NCBI GenBank assembly: GCA_963770895.1
Contig: CAVYRF010000002.1
Location: 3,424,001-3,488,000 of the forward strand
Reading direction: 5' to 3'
Origin: an uncultured Acidobacteriota bacterium
GTDB lineage: Bacteria; Acidobacteriota; Thermoanaerobaculia; Multivoradales; UBA5704
Length of the DNA stretch: 64,000 nt
The position numbers and the translations under genes are program-made. Numbering within the stretch: the first letter of the stretch is position 1; each line of letters opens with the position of its first letter. Positions 50,939-60,227 of the stretch are shown in pieces. The notes beneath the pieces are model-generated. The model did no database searches. It worked only from the letters and a program-made list of their open reading frames with translations, and was not told the origin of the DNA.

Positions 50939-52966
50939 ATGCGGGCCGCTTTTGGTATCGGGGACGGCACTGTGCGGGCGGCGAAAGCGCGTTTGCGCGG
51001 CCGCCGGTTCCAGGCCGTGACATGGCTGGTCTTGCGCAGTGTGGGGGTGGCGGTCGTGTGCTGCACGCCGGTGGCGGCGCAGGTCGGGGTGGGGCCACAG
51101 CCCGCGCCGGCGGCGCCGGCGATCGCGGCGCCGCGCGACGTTGCGTTTGAGGGTGTCGTCGGGCTGAGCGTCGACGCCAGGGATACCGCGCACAAGATCT
51201 TCGCGGTGCACGAGACAGTGCCGGTGGCGGCGGGGGCGGAGGCGCCGGGCGAGATGGTGCTGCTGTATCCGCGGTGGGAGACGGGGAGCCACGCGGCGAC
51301 CGGCTCGGTTGCCAACCTGGCGGGGCTGATCGTGCGGGCGGCGGGGCGGCGGCTGGAGTGGCGGCGCGACCCGGTCGACGTGTTTGCGTTCTGGGTGGCA
51401 GTGCCGGCCGGTGCGCCGGCGCTGGAGGTGGATTTTCAGTACCTGTCGCCGCTGGCGCCGCGGGCGGGCGCGGTGGTGATGACGCCTGACATCGTGGTGG
51501 TGCCGTGGCAGCGGTTGGTGCTGGTTCCCGCGGGTTGGTTCCTGCGCGATATCCAGGTCCAGGCAGACCTCACCCTGCCGGCCGGTTTTCAGTCCGCGTC
51601 GTCTTTGGAAACCGCGCGCGTCGCCGGCGGGACGGTCTTTTTCCGCACGGCGACGGTCGAAACCCTGGTGGATTCGCCGGTCTACGCCGGCCGGTGGTTC
51701 CGGCGCCTGGTTCTGACGCCGCCGGGTGAGGCGCAGGTGGCGCTGGACGTCGTGGCCGACCGGGCCGCGGACCTGGAGGCGGCGCCGGGCGAGCTGGCAC
51801 GCTGGCGCGCCGTGGTCGCGCAGACGCTGCGGCTGTTTGGGTCGCGGCACTACGATCACTACGATCTGCTGGTTTCGGTGAGCGACATCCTGCCGAGCAG
51901 CGGCGGCCTGGAGCACCTGCGGTCGGGCGAGATCAACCTGCCGGCCGATTTTCTGCGCGCGCCGCAGGACCACCTGCTCGGCCAGGGCCTGTTGGCGCAC
52001 GAATACGTCCACTCCTGGAACGGCCGCCTCCGGCAGCCGGCCGATCTGTGGACGCCCGACCTCAACACGCCGATGCGGGACAGCCTGCTCTGGGTCTACG
52101 AAGGCCTGACCGAGCTGTGGGGCGACGTCCTGGCCGTCCGCGCGGGACTGCTCACTGCCGAGCAGGCGCGCGACGTCCTGGCGCTGGCCGCCGCCACGGC
52201 CCAGACCCGCGCCGGGCGATCCTGGAAGTCGCTCGCGGACAGCAACAACGATCCGCTGTTCGACGCCGGGCACCCGGTTTCCTGGCGGGACTGGCAGCGG
52301 CGCGAGGACTATTACGGCGAGGGGGCGCTGCTGTGGCTGGACGTCGACGCCCAGATCCGGCAGCGGACCGGCGGCGCGCGCAGCCTGGACGACTTCGCCC
52401 GCGCCTTCTTCGGGCCGCCCGACGGCGGCCAGGTCGTCCACACCTACACGGAAGAGCAGGTGTGCGCGGCGCTGGCCCGCATCGCGCCATTCGACTGGCA
52501 GGGCTACTTCCGCGGCCGGCTGCAAAGCCACGACGCGGACCAGGTCCTGGACGGCCTGGCGCGCGCGGGGTACCGGCTGGTCTATGCGCCGGAGCCCACC
52601 GCCGCCTTCCGCGAGAGCGAGGCGGAGGACGGCGTCGCAGCAGATCTTTCCTTTTCCATCGGCCTCGCCGTCGCCAAAACGGGCGTGGTGAAGAGCGTCG
52701 CCTGGGAGGGCGAGGCCTTTCGCGCCGGGCTCGCTCCCGGCGTGCAGATCACCGCGGTCGACGGCCGGCCTTTCGACGCCGGTGACCTGGTCCAGGCCGT
52801 CGCCCGGACGACCGATCCCCTGGACATCACCTTTGTGCAGGACGGGCAGACGCGCACCGCCCGCCTGGCCCACCAGGACGGCCTGCTCTATCCGCGCCTG
52901 GCCAGGCTCCCCGGCACAGCCGACGGCCTGGCCGCGCTCTGGGCGCCCCTGGGGGCTGTTCCCTGA
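50939..52966 (+). CDS. M61 glycyl aminopeptidase with PDZ domain
   Basis: GGLEH, AHEYVHSWNG, LWVYEGLT and a C-terminal PDZ. Start uncertain. Confidence 0.88.
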   Translation: MRAAFGIGDGTVRAAKARLRGRRFQAVTWLVLRSVGVAVVCCTPVAAQVGVGPQPAPAAPAIAAPRDVAFEGVVGLSVDARDTAHKIFAVHETVPVAAGAEAPGEMVLLYPRWETGSHAATGSVANLAGLIVRAAGRRLEWRRDPVDVFAFWVAVPAGAPALEVDFQYLSPLAPRAGAVVMTPDIVVVPWQRLVLVPAGWFLRDIQVQADLTLPAGFQSASSLETARVAGGTVFFRTATVETLVDSPVYAGRWFRRLVLTPPGEAQVALDVVADRAADLEAAPGELARWRAVVAQTLRLFGSRHYDHYDLLVSVSDILPSSGGLEHLRSGEINLPADFLRAPQDHLLGQGLLAHEYVHSWNGRLRQPADLWTPDLNTPMRDSLLWVYEGLTELWGDVLAVRAGLLTAEQARDVLALAAATAQTRAGRSWKSLADSNNDPLFDAGHPVSWRDWQRREDYYGEGALLWLDVDAQIRQRTGGARSLDDFARAFFGPPDGGQVVHTYTEEQVCAALARIAPFDWQGYFRGRLQSHDADQVLDGLARAGYRLVYAPEPTAAFRESEAEDGVAADLSFSIGLAVAKTGVVKSVAWEGEAFRAGLAPGVQITAVDGRPFDAGDLVQAVARTTDPLDITFVQDGQTRTARLAHQDGLLYPRLARLPGTADGLAALWAPLGAVP

Positions 52967-53114
52967 AAGCGGATGGCGGGAAAGGCGGCCCGGATTCAGT
53001 CCCCTGGTGCACCCCGCATCTTGGACCTGGGGGGAGGAGCGGTGTGCCGGGGCGGTCTCTGCGCCCGCCTGCCTTCCGGCGAGAGCCATCTCGCATTTTC
53101 AACGGAGACGCGAC

Positions 53115-53309
53115 ATGAAGAAGAACTTCAGGAAGCTGCAGCTGTGCCGTGAAACCTTGCACTTCTTGACCCCCGGCGATTCCGGGCTGCGCAATGCCAA
53201 GGGCGGCCTCATCACCTATGGCGGCCCTTGCACCATGACCGCTGCCAAGGACTGCACCGTCTGCACCAATTCTTGTCCGACAGAGTGCGGCGCGAACTGC
53301 CCCCAGTAG
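53115..53309 (+). CDS. RiPP (lanthipeptide-like) precursor peptide
   Basis: GGAG RBS, leader KLQLCRETL...AKGG and a 33-aa core with 6 Cys and 7 Ser/Thr. Confidence 0.75.
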   Translation: MKKNFRKLQLCRETLHFLTPGDSGLRNAKGGLITYGGPCTMTAAKDCTVCTNSCPTECGANCPQ

Positions 53310-53937
53310 CGGCCAGGCGATCCGATTGAACCTCAGTTCCGGCGGTGGCAGGAGGACTTGCCACCGCCGGCTGCGATGCCGCCCGGAGGCTCCCAGGGTG
53401 GCGGCAACCCTCATTTCCGGGATGCAGATGACAGCCTCAAGCGGGTGGTTGCGGCGTGGCAGTGCGTCGGGCGCCCGGCAATCGCTGCGGTCGCGCGCAC
53501 ACGTGTCGGCGCCCGCCGCAGACTTTAGGAGTAAGCCCCGCGCCGGTGTCCCCCGCGGCTGAGCCTGCCGCGCTGTTACGAGTCGCGAAAGGGGGACACC
53601 GGCCGGCGAGCGCTGTGCGGCGCACTGCCGCAATCGCGGGCTCGCAGCAAGATCTGGCACAAGGGGGCGTCTCCTTGCGCCTCGTCAACGAAAGCATACG
53701 GACCGTCCGAGCAAGCAGGTGCGGTTCGTGTGCGAAGGGCTGGCTGTTGCCCGAGCGCGCACCGTGGGCTCAGGGTGTGGCGAGTGCGCGGTTGTGTGGG
53801 CAATGATCTTGCTGGGGCAGATGGATGGAGTGGCCGCTATCGGCAGGGGTGAGAAGCGCACGGGGGCCGCGGTGCGCGCGAGGCGAGAGACTCGAAGGAG
53901 ATCGGACGGGTGCCGTTCGTGCCGTCGATCTACATCT

Positions 53938-54354
53938 TCATGGATTTGGGGAGTACGCCTGAACCTTCATGGCGCGAAGCGCTTGAACGAGCCTTGTGTC
54001 AAGGGTAATCACCGCGGCTCCCTGGCGGCGCGCCAAGACGGCGTACATCATGTCGTAGACTGGATGGTGATAGGTCGCGGCGGCTACGAGCGCTTCGTGC
54101 GCCAAGACGGTTCCGGGTACCAGGGGCTGCCCGGCCAGGGCTAGTGCCATAGCCAGCCGGTCCATCGCCTCTTCGGCCGTGATGTCACCGTGCTCAACGT
54201 ACCTCCAGAGGCCGTTGGCAACCTCACTTGCGAAGAGGTCGGGCGCGGTCACGAGCTGGGCCTTGTCGAGACGCTCTGCGATTGCGTCAGAGCTTTTTCC
54301 ATCCATGACGAGATGAAGCGCCGCGGAGGCATCGAGGACGACCCGTGACTTCAC
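53938..54354 (-). CDS. vapC: VapC/PIN-domain toxin
   Basis: VVLDASA, EVANGL, YDMMY and TLDTRL. Overlaps the antitoxin stop. Confidence 0.88.
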   Translation of the reverse strand: MKSRVVLDASAALHLVMDGKSSDAIAERLDKAQLVTAPDLFASEVANGLWRYVEHGDITAEEAMDRLAMALALAGQPLVPGTVLAHEALVAAATYHHPVYDMMYAVLARRQGAAVITLDTRLVQALRAMKVQAYSPNP

Positions 54355-54596
54355 CGCTCGCGGTCCTCGCGGATGAGCTGCTCGGCAGGAATCGAAAGCT
54401 CCCGTAGGCCGCTCTCACGTCTCCGCTCGCGCAGCTCGGCGAGCACCTGCTTCCGGGTTTCGCGCACTGTGAGCTCAGGCAGACGGCGCAGCTCGACGAT
54501 CGCCTGCTGGGCCATGCTCCGGTTCTCTGCCTTGGCGCGAGCGGCCAGGGCCTCGTAAACATCCGGCGGTAGGTCCCTGATCTGAAGTGAAGCCAT
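54351..54596 (-). CDS. FitA-like ribbon-helix-helix antitoxin
   Basis: MASLQIRDLPPDVYEALAARA...LIREDRER. Confidence 0.85.
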   Translation of the reverse strand: MASLQIRDLPPDVYEALAARAKAENRSMAQQAIVELRRLPELTVRETRKQVLAELRERRRESGLRELSIPAEQLIREDRER

Positions 54597-54790
54597 GGAT
54601 ACCCCTCTCTCTGTGCATCATATTGCATGCAGAATGGTGAGAGCAAGGGCTCCTCCGACATCCGTGGCGATCAACGGGTGCAGTAGCCCCGGCATGGCAC
54701 AGGTGGATTTCTTCGAGCCCACGGTCGATGCGGCGGCGAGCGAACTATGGCGCGTTGACAGTGGGAGAGGGTCGGGTCACAGTGGTACTC

Positions 54791-55042
54791 ATGAGTATGA
54801 GTAAGCGCATTCAGATCCCGGTTGGCGAGCAGGATTGCTCCCATTTCCAGGCCGCCGCGCGGCGCGCGGGTCTGCCGCTCGCCGAGTGGGCTCGGCGGCA
54901 GCTCCGCGAGAAAGCCGACGAGGCGCTGCGTAGGGAGGCCCTCTCCCCCACTGAGGCTCTCGCCAGGTTGAAGGAGCTCAAGGCGCCCATCGCCCCAATC
55001 GAGAAGATGCTCGACGAGTCGGTCACCGGACGCTACACGTGA
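54791..55042 (+). CDS. Putative RHH antitoxin
   Basis: KRIQIPV..AARRAGLPLAEWAR. Palindrome TACTCATGAGTA (54786-54797) lies over the start; TTGACA is upstream. Confidence 0.7.
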   Translation: MSMSKRIQIPVGEQDCSHFQAAARRAGLPLAEWARRQLREKADEALRREALSPTEALARLKELKAPIAPIEKMLDESVTGRYT

Positions 55043-55274
55043 TCCGGCGGTCGCCTTCCAGCTCTTCGACGTGGCGACTCAGCTAGGCCTGCCGATCCTC
55101 GCGGTCACGGAGCGCTCGCTCCTGGAGGCCCGCAGGATTCTCGAAGATCACCCGCGCCTGTCCACCCGCAACGGCATTCATCTCGGCGTCATGCGCGAGC
55201 ATGGGATCGAAGAAGTGCTCTCCTACGATCGTGGCCTCTCGCAGGTGTCCTGGGTCAAACGCCTCGAGGCCTGA
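55039..55274 (+). pseudogene. Internally deleted VapC/PIN toxin
   Basis: GTGA overlap with the antitoxin stop. Only the PIN C-terminal half (LSTRNGIHLG..LSYDRGL) remains, out of frame with the GTG. Confidence 0.65.
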
Positions 55275-55355
55275 CGCCGGCGTCCAGAGACGGGTTGTCA
55301 TCTCGCCCTCGCAGATGATGAGCCGCTCTGCCGGAGTAGGTGAACAGTACCTGGA

Positions 55356-56102
55356 CTACGACGTCCCAGGTGGGCCGCCGGGGATTTGCAGCCTTTCCTC
55401 CCATTTCGCCAGGTCTACGCCCTTCACCAGGAGCCAGAGGGCTAGCGAGGACTCCGCGATGAGGGGCGGCAGCATGACGGCGGGGAAGAGCATCGATGCG
55501 AGCCCGGGGGCGAGAAGCAGCGCGAAGCTGTTCAGCAGGTAGCAAACGCCGGCGGCCTGCATCAGGAATCCGAGGGTTTTCGGCAGGAAGCCGGAGCGGC
55601 GGATCAGGTGGCCTTCGAGGAGGCACACCGCACCGAAGAAGATCAGCCCGATGCCGAAGCCGTGGTCATGGGCCCTGAGGCAGACGTACGTCAACGCATA
55701 GAGCTGCTGCGGCGTCCACGCCTGCAAGTACGCTGCGTCGCTCAACAGGAACAACGGCAGGACGAGCATGATCTTGTTGGCAACGAGCACGGCGGTCTGG
55801 ACCACGTTGAACAGCAACACGCTCAACGCCAGATTGCGGTTGACCGTCCTGAACAAGAGATACAAGGCCGTCATCACCACGACATCACAGAGATGCATCA
55901 ACAGGTCCGCCGCGATGCTTGCGCGCCACAACGATTGTGAAGCCACGATGTTGTGGGCGGTTGCCGCCGCGTCGCCGGTGACGATGATCTTGCCGCGGAC
56001 GAATACCTCCGCCCATCCTCCCGCCACGATGAGAACCAGGTAGAGAGCGCCGGCGATTCGTGCATAGAGCTGAGGTGACTGCTTTGCCGGAACCTTCGCC
56101 AT
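55356..56102 (-). CDS. DUF4386 family membrane protein
   Basis: ARIAGALYL, GDAAATAHNI, RSGFLPKTLG and LWLLVKG. Confidence 0.85.
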   Translation of the reverse strand: MAKVPAKQSPQLYARIAGALYLVLIVAGGWAEVFVRGKIIVTGDAAATAHNIVASQSLWRASIAADLLMHLCDVVVMTALYLLFRTVNRNLALSVLLFNVVQTAVLVANKIMLVLPLFLLSDAAYLQAWTPQQLYALTYVCLRAHDHGFGIGLIFFGAVCLLEGHLIRRSGFLPKTLGFLMQAAGVCYLLNSFALLLAPGLASMLFPAVMLPPLIAESSLALWLLVKGVDLAKWEERLQIPGGPPGTS

Positions 56103-56308
56103 TTCTTTTCCTTACCCGGCCGCGTCACTCTACCGATCGGGCGGGTGACTCGGTTGGTCGCTGTTGAAGTCACTACGGAGCGGCCGGTCGAATAGTTACA
56201 GGGTTGGGCAATCCAGGGCCCGTCCGGGTCCTTGTCCTATAACTTGGCGTCTGGAAACCACTAAGGGGGCAGCTCATCCAGAGCAAACGTCATGCGGAGG
56301 CAACGCAC

Positions 56309-57400
56309 ATGAGATCTCGCGCAATGTTCTACGCGCTCTCCCAGGCGGTCCGGGTCGGGGGGCAGGTCACGAGGTGGGCGCGGCGGCTTGCGCTCTTCGG
56401 CGTCGTGGCGGCGGTCGCCTTGCCCGCGGGGCTGGAAGCGCAGGCCTCGCGGCACTTGCAGCAGGCGGACATCTGGTTCCATCCCTTGCCGTCGGCGTCG
56501 GCGTGGCCCACCGGGGAGCCCGTCGGCGGGTCGACGGATTTTCGCGCGCTGTTCAAGGGCAACGCCCCATGGCCGCGGGCGATCGCGCGGGTCAAGGTGG
56601 TGGGGATGTACGCCGCCTGGATCGTTGCGGCCAGCGATCAGGAATTGAGACAAACTGTCAGTTTTCTCAACCAGCACCACATGGGGATCGAGATCGAAGC
56701 GCCGGCGCTGCAGGCGCCCCCCACCTGTGGCTCAGGCGTGGAAGGGTATGTGCCGTGGGGCCAGTCGCTCTACGATTTCACCCTTGCCTACCTGAATCGG
56801 TTGAAAGCGCTCGACGCCCAGGTGGCCTTCGTGAAGGTCGACGAACCGTTTTTCTTCGGCAGCATCTCGGACGACCCCCGCGCCTGCCGCCTGCCGGTCG
56901 AGGAGGTGGCCTTGGCGGTCGGGCAGTACGCGCGGCTGGTCAAGAGCGTCTATCCTCATGCCGACGTCGGCGACGTGGAACCGATCATCGAGGGCCCCTA
57001 CCCTGTCGATGTCGTGAGCGCGATGGCACAGTGGCACGACGCCTACCGGACGGTCACCGGGGCGCCGTTCCCGTTCTTCTTCGCGGACATCGATTTCAGC
57101 AACCCCGCGTGGCCGACGATCGTCAAGACCCTGGAGGACCAGACGCGGCAAAGCGGCATGCAATTCGGCATCATCTACATCGGCGACGAGCAGGACACCT
57201 CCGATGCGGAATGGGCGGACAAGGCCGTGGCGCGCTTTCGGATCTACCAGCAAGAGAGCGGCGGCCGGCCCGACCACGTGCTGTTCCAGTCCTGGGAGCC
57301 GCACCCGGCGCACTGCCTGCCGGAAACCGATCCAACCACCTTCACCGGCGTGATCGACGCCTACCTCCGCGAGATGACGCCCTACGGCAGCTGGCCCTAA
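56309..57400 (+). CDS. Secreted hypothetical protein
   Basis: GGAGG RBS, signal peptide and an alpha/beta-like mature domain (VDEP, GDVEP, FQSW). Confidence 0.75.
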   Translation: MRSRAMFYALSQAVRVGGQVTRWARRLALFGVVAAVALPAGLEAQASRHLQQADIWFHPLPSASAWPTGEPVGGSTDFRALFKGNAPWPRAIARVKVVGMYAAWIVAASDQELRQTVSFLNQHHMGIEIEAPALQAPPTCGSGVEGYVPWGQSLYDFTLAYLNRLKALDAQVAFVKVDEPFFFGSISDDPRACRLPVEEVALAVGQYARLVKSVYPHADVGDVEPIIEGPYPVDVVSAMAQWHDAYRTVTGAPFPFFFADIDFSNPAWPTIVKTLEDQTRQSGMQFGIIYIGDEQDTSDAEWADKAVARFRIYQQESGGRPDHVLFQSWEPHPAHCLPETDPTTFTGVIDAYLREMTPYGSWP

Positions 57401-57487
57401 CGGCTCGTTTCGGGCTCTGGCCAGCTGCTCTGAGCGGGACTGCTCCTGGATAAACGGCAAAGTGCGCCGGCCTGCGGCGCCGCCTGG

Positions 57488-57519
57488 CTTATGAACGCAG
57501 CCCCAGGGGTGTGTGCACC
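57488..57519. repeat. Palindromic att-like site, left copy
   Basis: CTTATGAACGCAGCCCCAGGGGTGTGTGCACC is 27/32 identical to 63667-63698. Confidence 0.65.
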
Positions 57520-57524
57520 ATTTC

Positions 57525-58031
57525 TTACTGACCCTTCGCGGGCGGCTTCCTCGCCCGGACTACCCCGAGAGTCGTAGAATCTGAAGACTCTTCCTTTTCA
57601 ACTTGCCTCGGAGACAGTCTATCCAAGACCAGATCCACTAGAATCCTGGCGGTCTTCTCTGAATCGGCAAATTGGCTTAAGTGACTTTTCACTTCAGCGA
57701 CCAACTCCTCTCTTGCGCCGCGCTCTGGCAAATTAATCGAGCTTCCGACAAACTCATGTAGCTCCTGTCGCAGCTGGTCCAACGACTTCTCTGCCTTGTC
57801 GCCAGTGCCGATGCGCTTTGAAATCAAACCGCTAGTGACGGCAACAAAGATCGGGATCAAAGCCTTGCAAACCAGTATATCCACGAGGATACTGCCATCT
57901 AGATTGAGCGCCTGGCCTACGCCTGATGCTCTGGCTGTAATGGTTGCTGTGATCACTTCGCCTGCTGCTTTAAAGCAGGTTGCAACTTCATGCCTAGTTA
58001 CGGTGGCGCGATTAGAACCTCCGGCATCCAT
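57525..58031 (-). CDS. Hypothetical protein with one hydrophobic segment
   Basis: Lower-GC ORF coupled to the upstream gene by a TGATG overlap. Confidence 0.7.
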   Translation of the reverse strand: MDAGGSNRATVTRHEVATCFKAAGEVITATITARASGVGQALNLDGSILVDILVCKALIPIFVAVTSGLISKRIGTGDKAEKSLDQLRQELHEFVGSSINLPERGAREELVAEVKSHLSQFADSEKTARILVDLVLDRLSPRQVEKEESSDSTTLGVVRARKPPAKGQ

Positions 58032-59575
58032 CAGAACCTCCGCGTTTTGTAAAAGTCAGACCATACCTGTCTGGCGAAGCACTGTGGAATTTCGGATGAA
58101 TGCGGAATCGATTCGCAGCTTCCAGATCTAAGAGGGCAGGGATAAAACGCATACTGCGTAGCCACGGGGCAGCAGAATTCCGTTCCCGACCAAACGGACT
58201 CCGAGAGGCCAATGAAGATCAATCGCCCAAGATGGGTATCCATTACTGAATGGGGAGACGCCGGTATAGTGTAGGCCGTTCGTCCTTCCTTCGTCTTCTC
58301 TGCTGTAATGAAGAGCGGTGCCGCGAGTTCAACCCTTTCCTTAGTGCTGAACATCGGATGTAGGCCCAGATCCATCCCGATCGACAGAAAATGAGCTCGA
58401 TAAACGCGCAGCGGATCTTTTAGCAAGAGCTCCATGCCTTTGATTCGGGCCCGGTGAAAGATTTCAAAGAGGTCCCGCACGCCTGTTAACATGGCGAGCT
58501 TTAACAGCTCTTCAAAGAGCTGTATCCAACGCCTAGATACCTCGTCGTGACGAAGGAACGAAGTACCGCTGCTCGGTCCTGACGCAAGCCTGTTGCAGTA
58601 GTTGATATGATTTACAATCAACCCCATAAACTCAGTATGTAAATAAAGCTCGTTAAGGTTGAACTCATTACGATGCTCCATGATGCATGGCATCACCGAG
58701 CCTGCGAGCTTCAAGAAACGGACCGCTGGTACCACGTCTTGTAAGGCAGAGCCATTGTTGAACTCATCCCCCTCTGGCAAAGGGCAAGTATGGAGTGCAA
58801 GGTCAAGCAGGAAAAGAAGAAGGCCGAACTCCGCAGCCCGAGGACAGTGTGGATACAATTGGTGTTGTCTGTTGGCTGTATCGAAGCGAATGGCCTCGAC
58901 GTACTTTTTGAAGGTATGAATGACCCTTTGGCAAGAAGTCATTCGCTCAGGCCGGAAGTATGGGGCTAGATCATTCACAACAGATTTGCTGAAAGCGTCT
59001 TTATAATGGAGCATCAAGTGGGCGATGCGGCGTTCGGTCAAGATGGCAGCGTGGCATTCAAAGAGTTCTTGTCCGGTCAAGCCAAAGCTGATCTCCAATC
59101 TATCCGCGATCGACGGGTGAGCGCGACTTTCGGCTTCCAGCACCCTGTCGAGGGTCCGCGAAGAGTAGATAATCTCCTGGAGGAAATGCCCTTCTTGATG
59201 GCGACCGTGTATCCGATTAGCAAAAGAATTATCGACCATCTCAGGGCTACTGTCGCTACCGCGGTTAGATTCGGGCTTGAGTCCTTGGGAAGCGTGAACG
59301 GCTATCGCGTTTTCGTCGGCATTAAGCTGCACCCAGGCACAGATGCCGAGTGTGTGGTCCTGGATAAAGTGAGTGGACTCATGGAGGAGCGTTACGAGGC
59401 CGAGAAATGCATCATGAGTCTTGAATTCCGTGCCCTCTTTGAGGGTACCGTCCGGCTTGAAGAGGTCAAGAGGGTTGGACCTCTCAAATGCGGTATACCA
59501 CAGGCGGTCTCCAATCCTGTGATGGCCGAGTATTGGGTTGGTCATAGGAAACCTGTGAAGCATTGCCTCGGACAT
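58031..59575 (-). CDS. Hypothetical HExxH zinc-metallopeptidase-like protein
   Basis: LLHESTHFIQD, a distal ELFECHA and a C-terminal Cys cluster. Lower GC than the backbone. Confidence 0.75.
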   Translation of the reverse strand: MSEAMLHRFPMTNPILGHHRIGDRLWYTAFERSNPLDLFKPDGTLKEGTEFKTHDAFLGLVTLLHESTHFIQDHTLGICAWVQLNADENAIAVHASQGLKPESNRGSDSSPEMVDNSFANRIHGRHQEGHFLQEIIYSSRTLDRVLEAESRAHPSIADRLEISFGLTGQELFECHAAILTERRIAHLMLHYKDAFSKSVVNDLAPYFRPERMTSCQRVIHTFKKYVEAIRFDTANRQHQLYPHCPRAAEFGLLLFLLDLALHTCPLPEGDEFNNGSALQDVVPAVRFLKLAGSVMPCIMEHRNEFNLNELYLHTEFMGLIVNHINYCNRLASGPSSGTSFLRHDEVSRRWIQLFEELLKLAMLTGVRDLFEIFHRARIKGMELLLKDPLRVYRAHFLSIGMDLGLHPMFSTKERVELAAPLFITAEKTKEGRTAYTIPASPHSVMDTHLGRLIFIGLSESVWSGTEFCCPVATQYAFYPCPLRSGSCESIPHSSEIPQCFARQVWSDFYKTRRF

Positions 59576-60227
59576 TGAGCGATGTCCGACGAACGGATCT
59601 GTGCCAGGAGGTCAAAATCACACTATAGCGTCTCGGCCTTTCTTGGCTGAGAGAACCTTGGTGACGTGAGGTTCTCCTCCTCTCTTCACCGGCTTACACC
59701 AAATGATAACATAGTGCGGATTCCGGCGAAGGCGACCACCCATTCCGACGGAAGGCGACCACCCGTCGGAGCGAGGCGGTGAGCGGAGGCTCATGGTTGG
59801 TTGAGGTGGTCGGCTTGGGCTTCTCCTGTGGTCCTTTTTCAGTGTATATGACCTCGTCGCCGGGGTTGTGGAAGGTCGTGGTAACCGGCGAGGGCGGGTG
59901 GTGGAGGGCGGGTGTGGTGGGGGGCCGGGAGCCGGTTTCCAAGCGGCTGTGGGAACGGCGGACCGGGGGCCGCGGCGGGCGGGGGCAGCGGAGCGTAGCG
60001 ACGCGGGCGGCCCACGTTGGGTCCGCGGTTTCCATCAGCCGCGGCACCTTCCACAGCCCATGCGTGCGTTGGGGGGTGGTGGGGGTGGGTGGGGGACGGG
60101 CCGGGCGGTGGGGCGGCCGGGCGGCGGCCGGCCGCTGTCGAGGTCTCGCCGGACGCCATAGGCGAGGCGCTGGGGCTCGCGGGGGGGCGGGGGGCACCAG
60201 GCGCCGCCACGGCGCGCCGCGATCGCG

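Noticed and set aside
49264-51315. 683-aa extended glcD
   Set aside because: The extension is antisense to the M61 gene; an RBS-supported start lies at 50712.
53330-53930. Intergenic stretch after the RiPP precursor as a possible second precursor or ncRNA
   Set aside because: No leader motif, RBS-backed ORF or convincing structure was seen.
59006-59578. 190-aa plus-strand ORF in the lower-GC island
   Set aside because: Antisense to the longer HExxH ORF, which is coupled to a downstream gene; no motifs.
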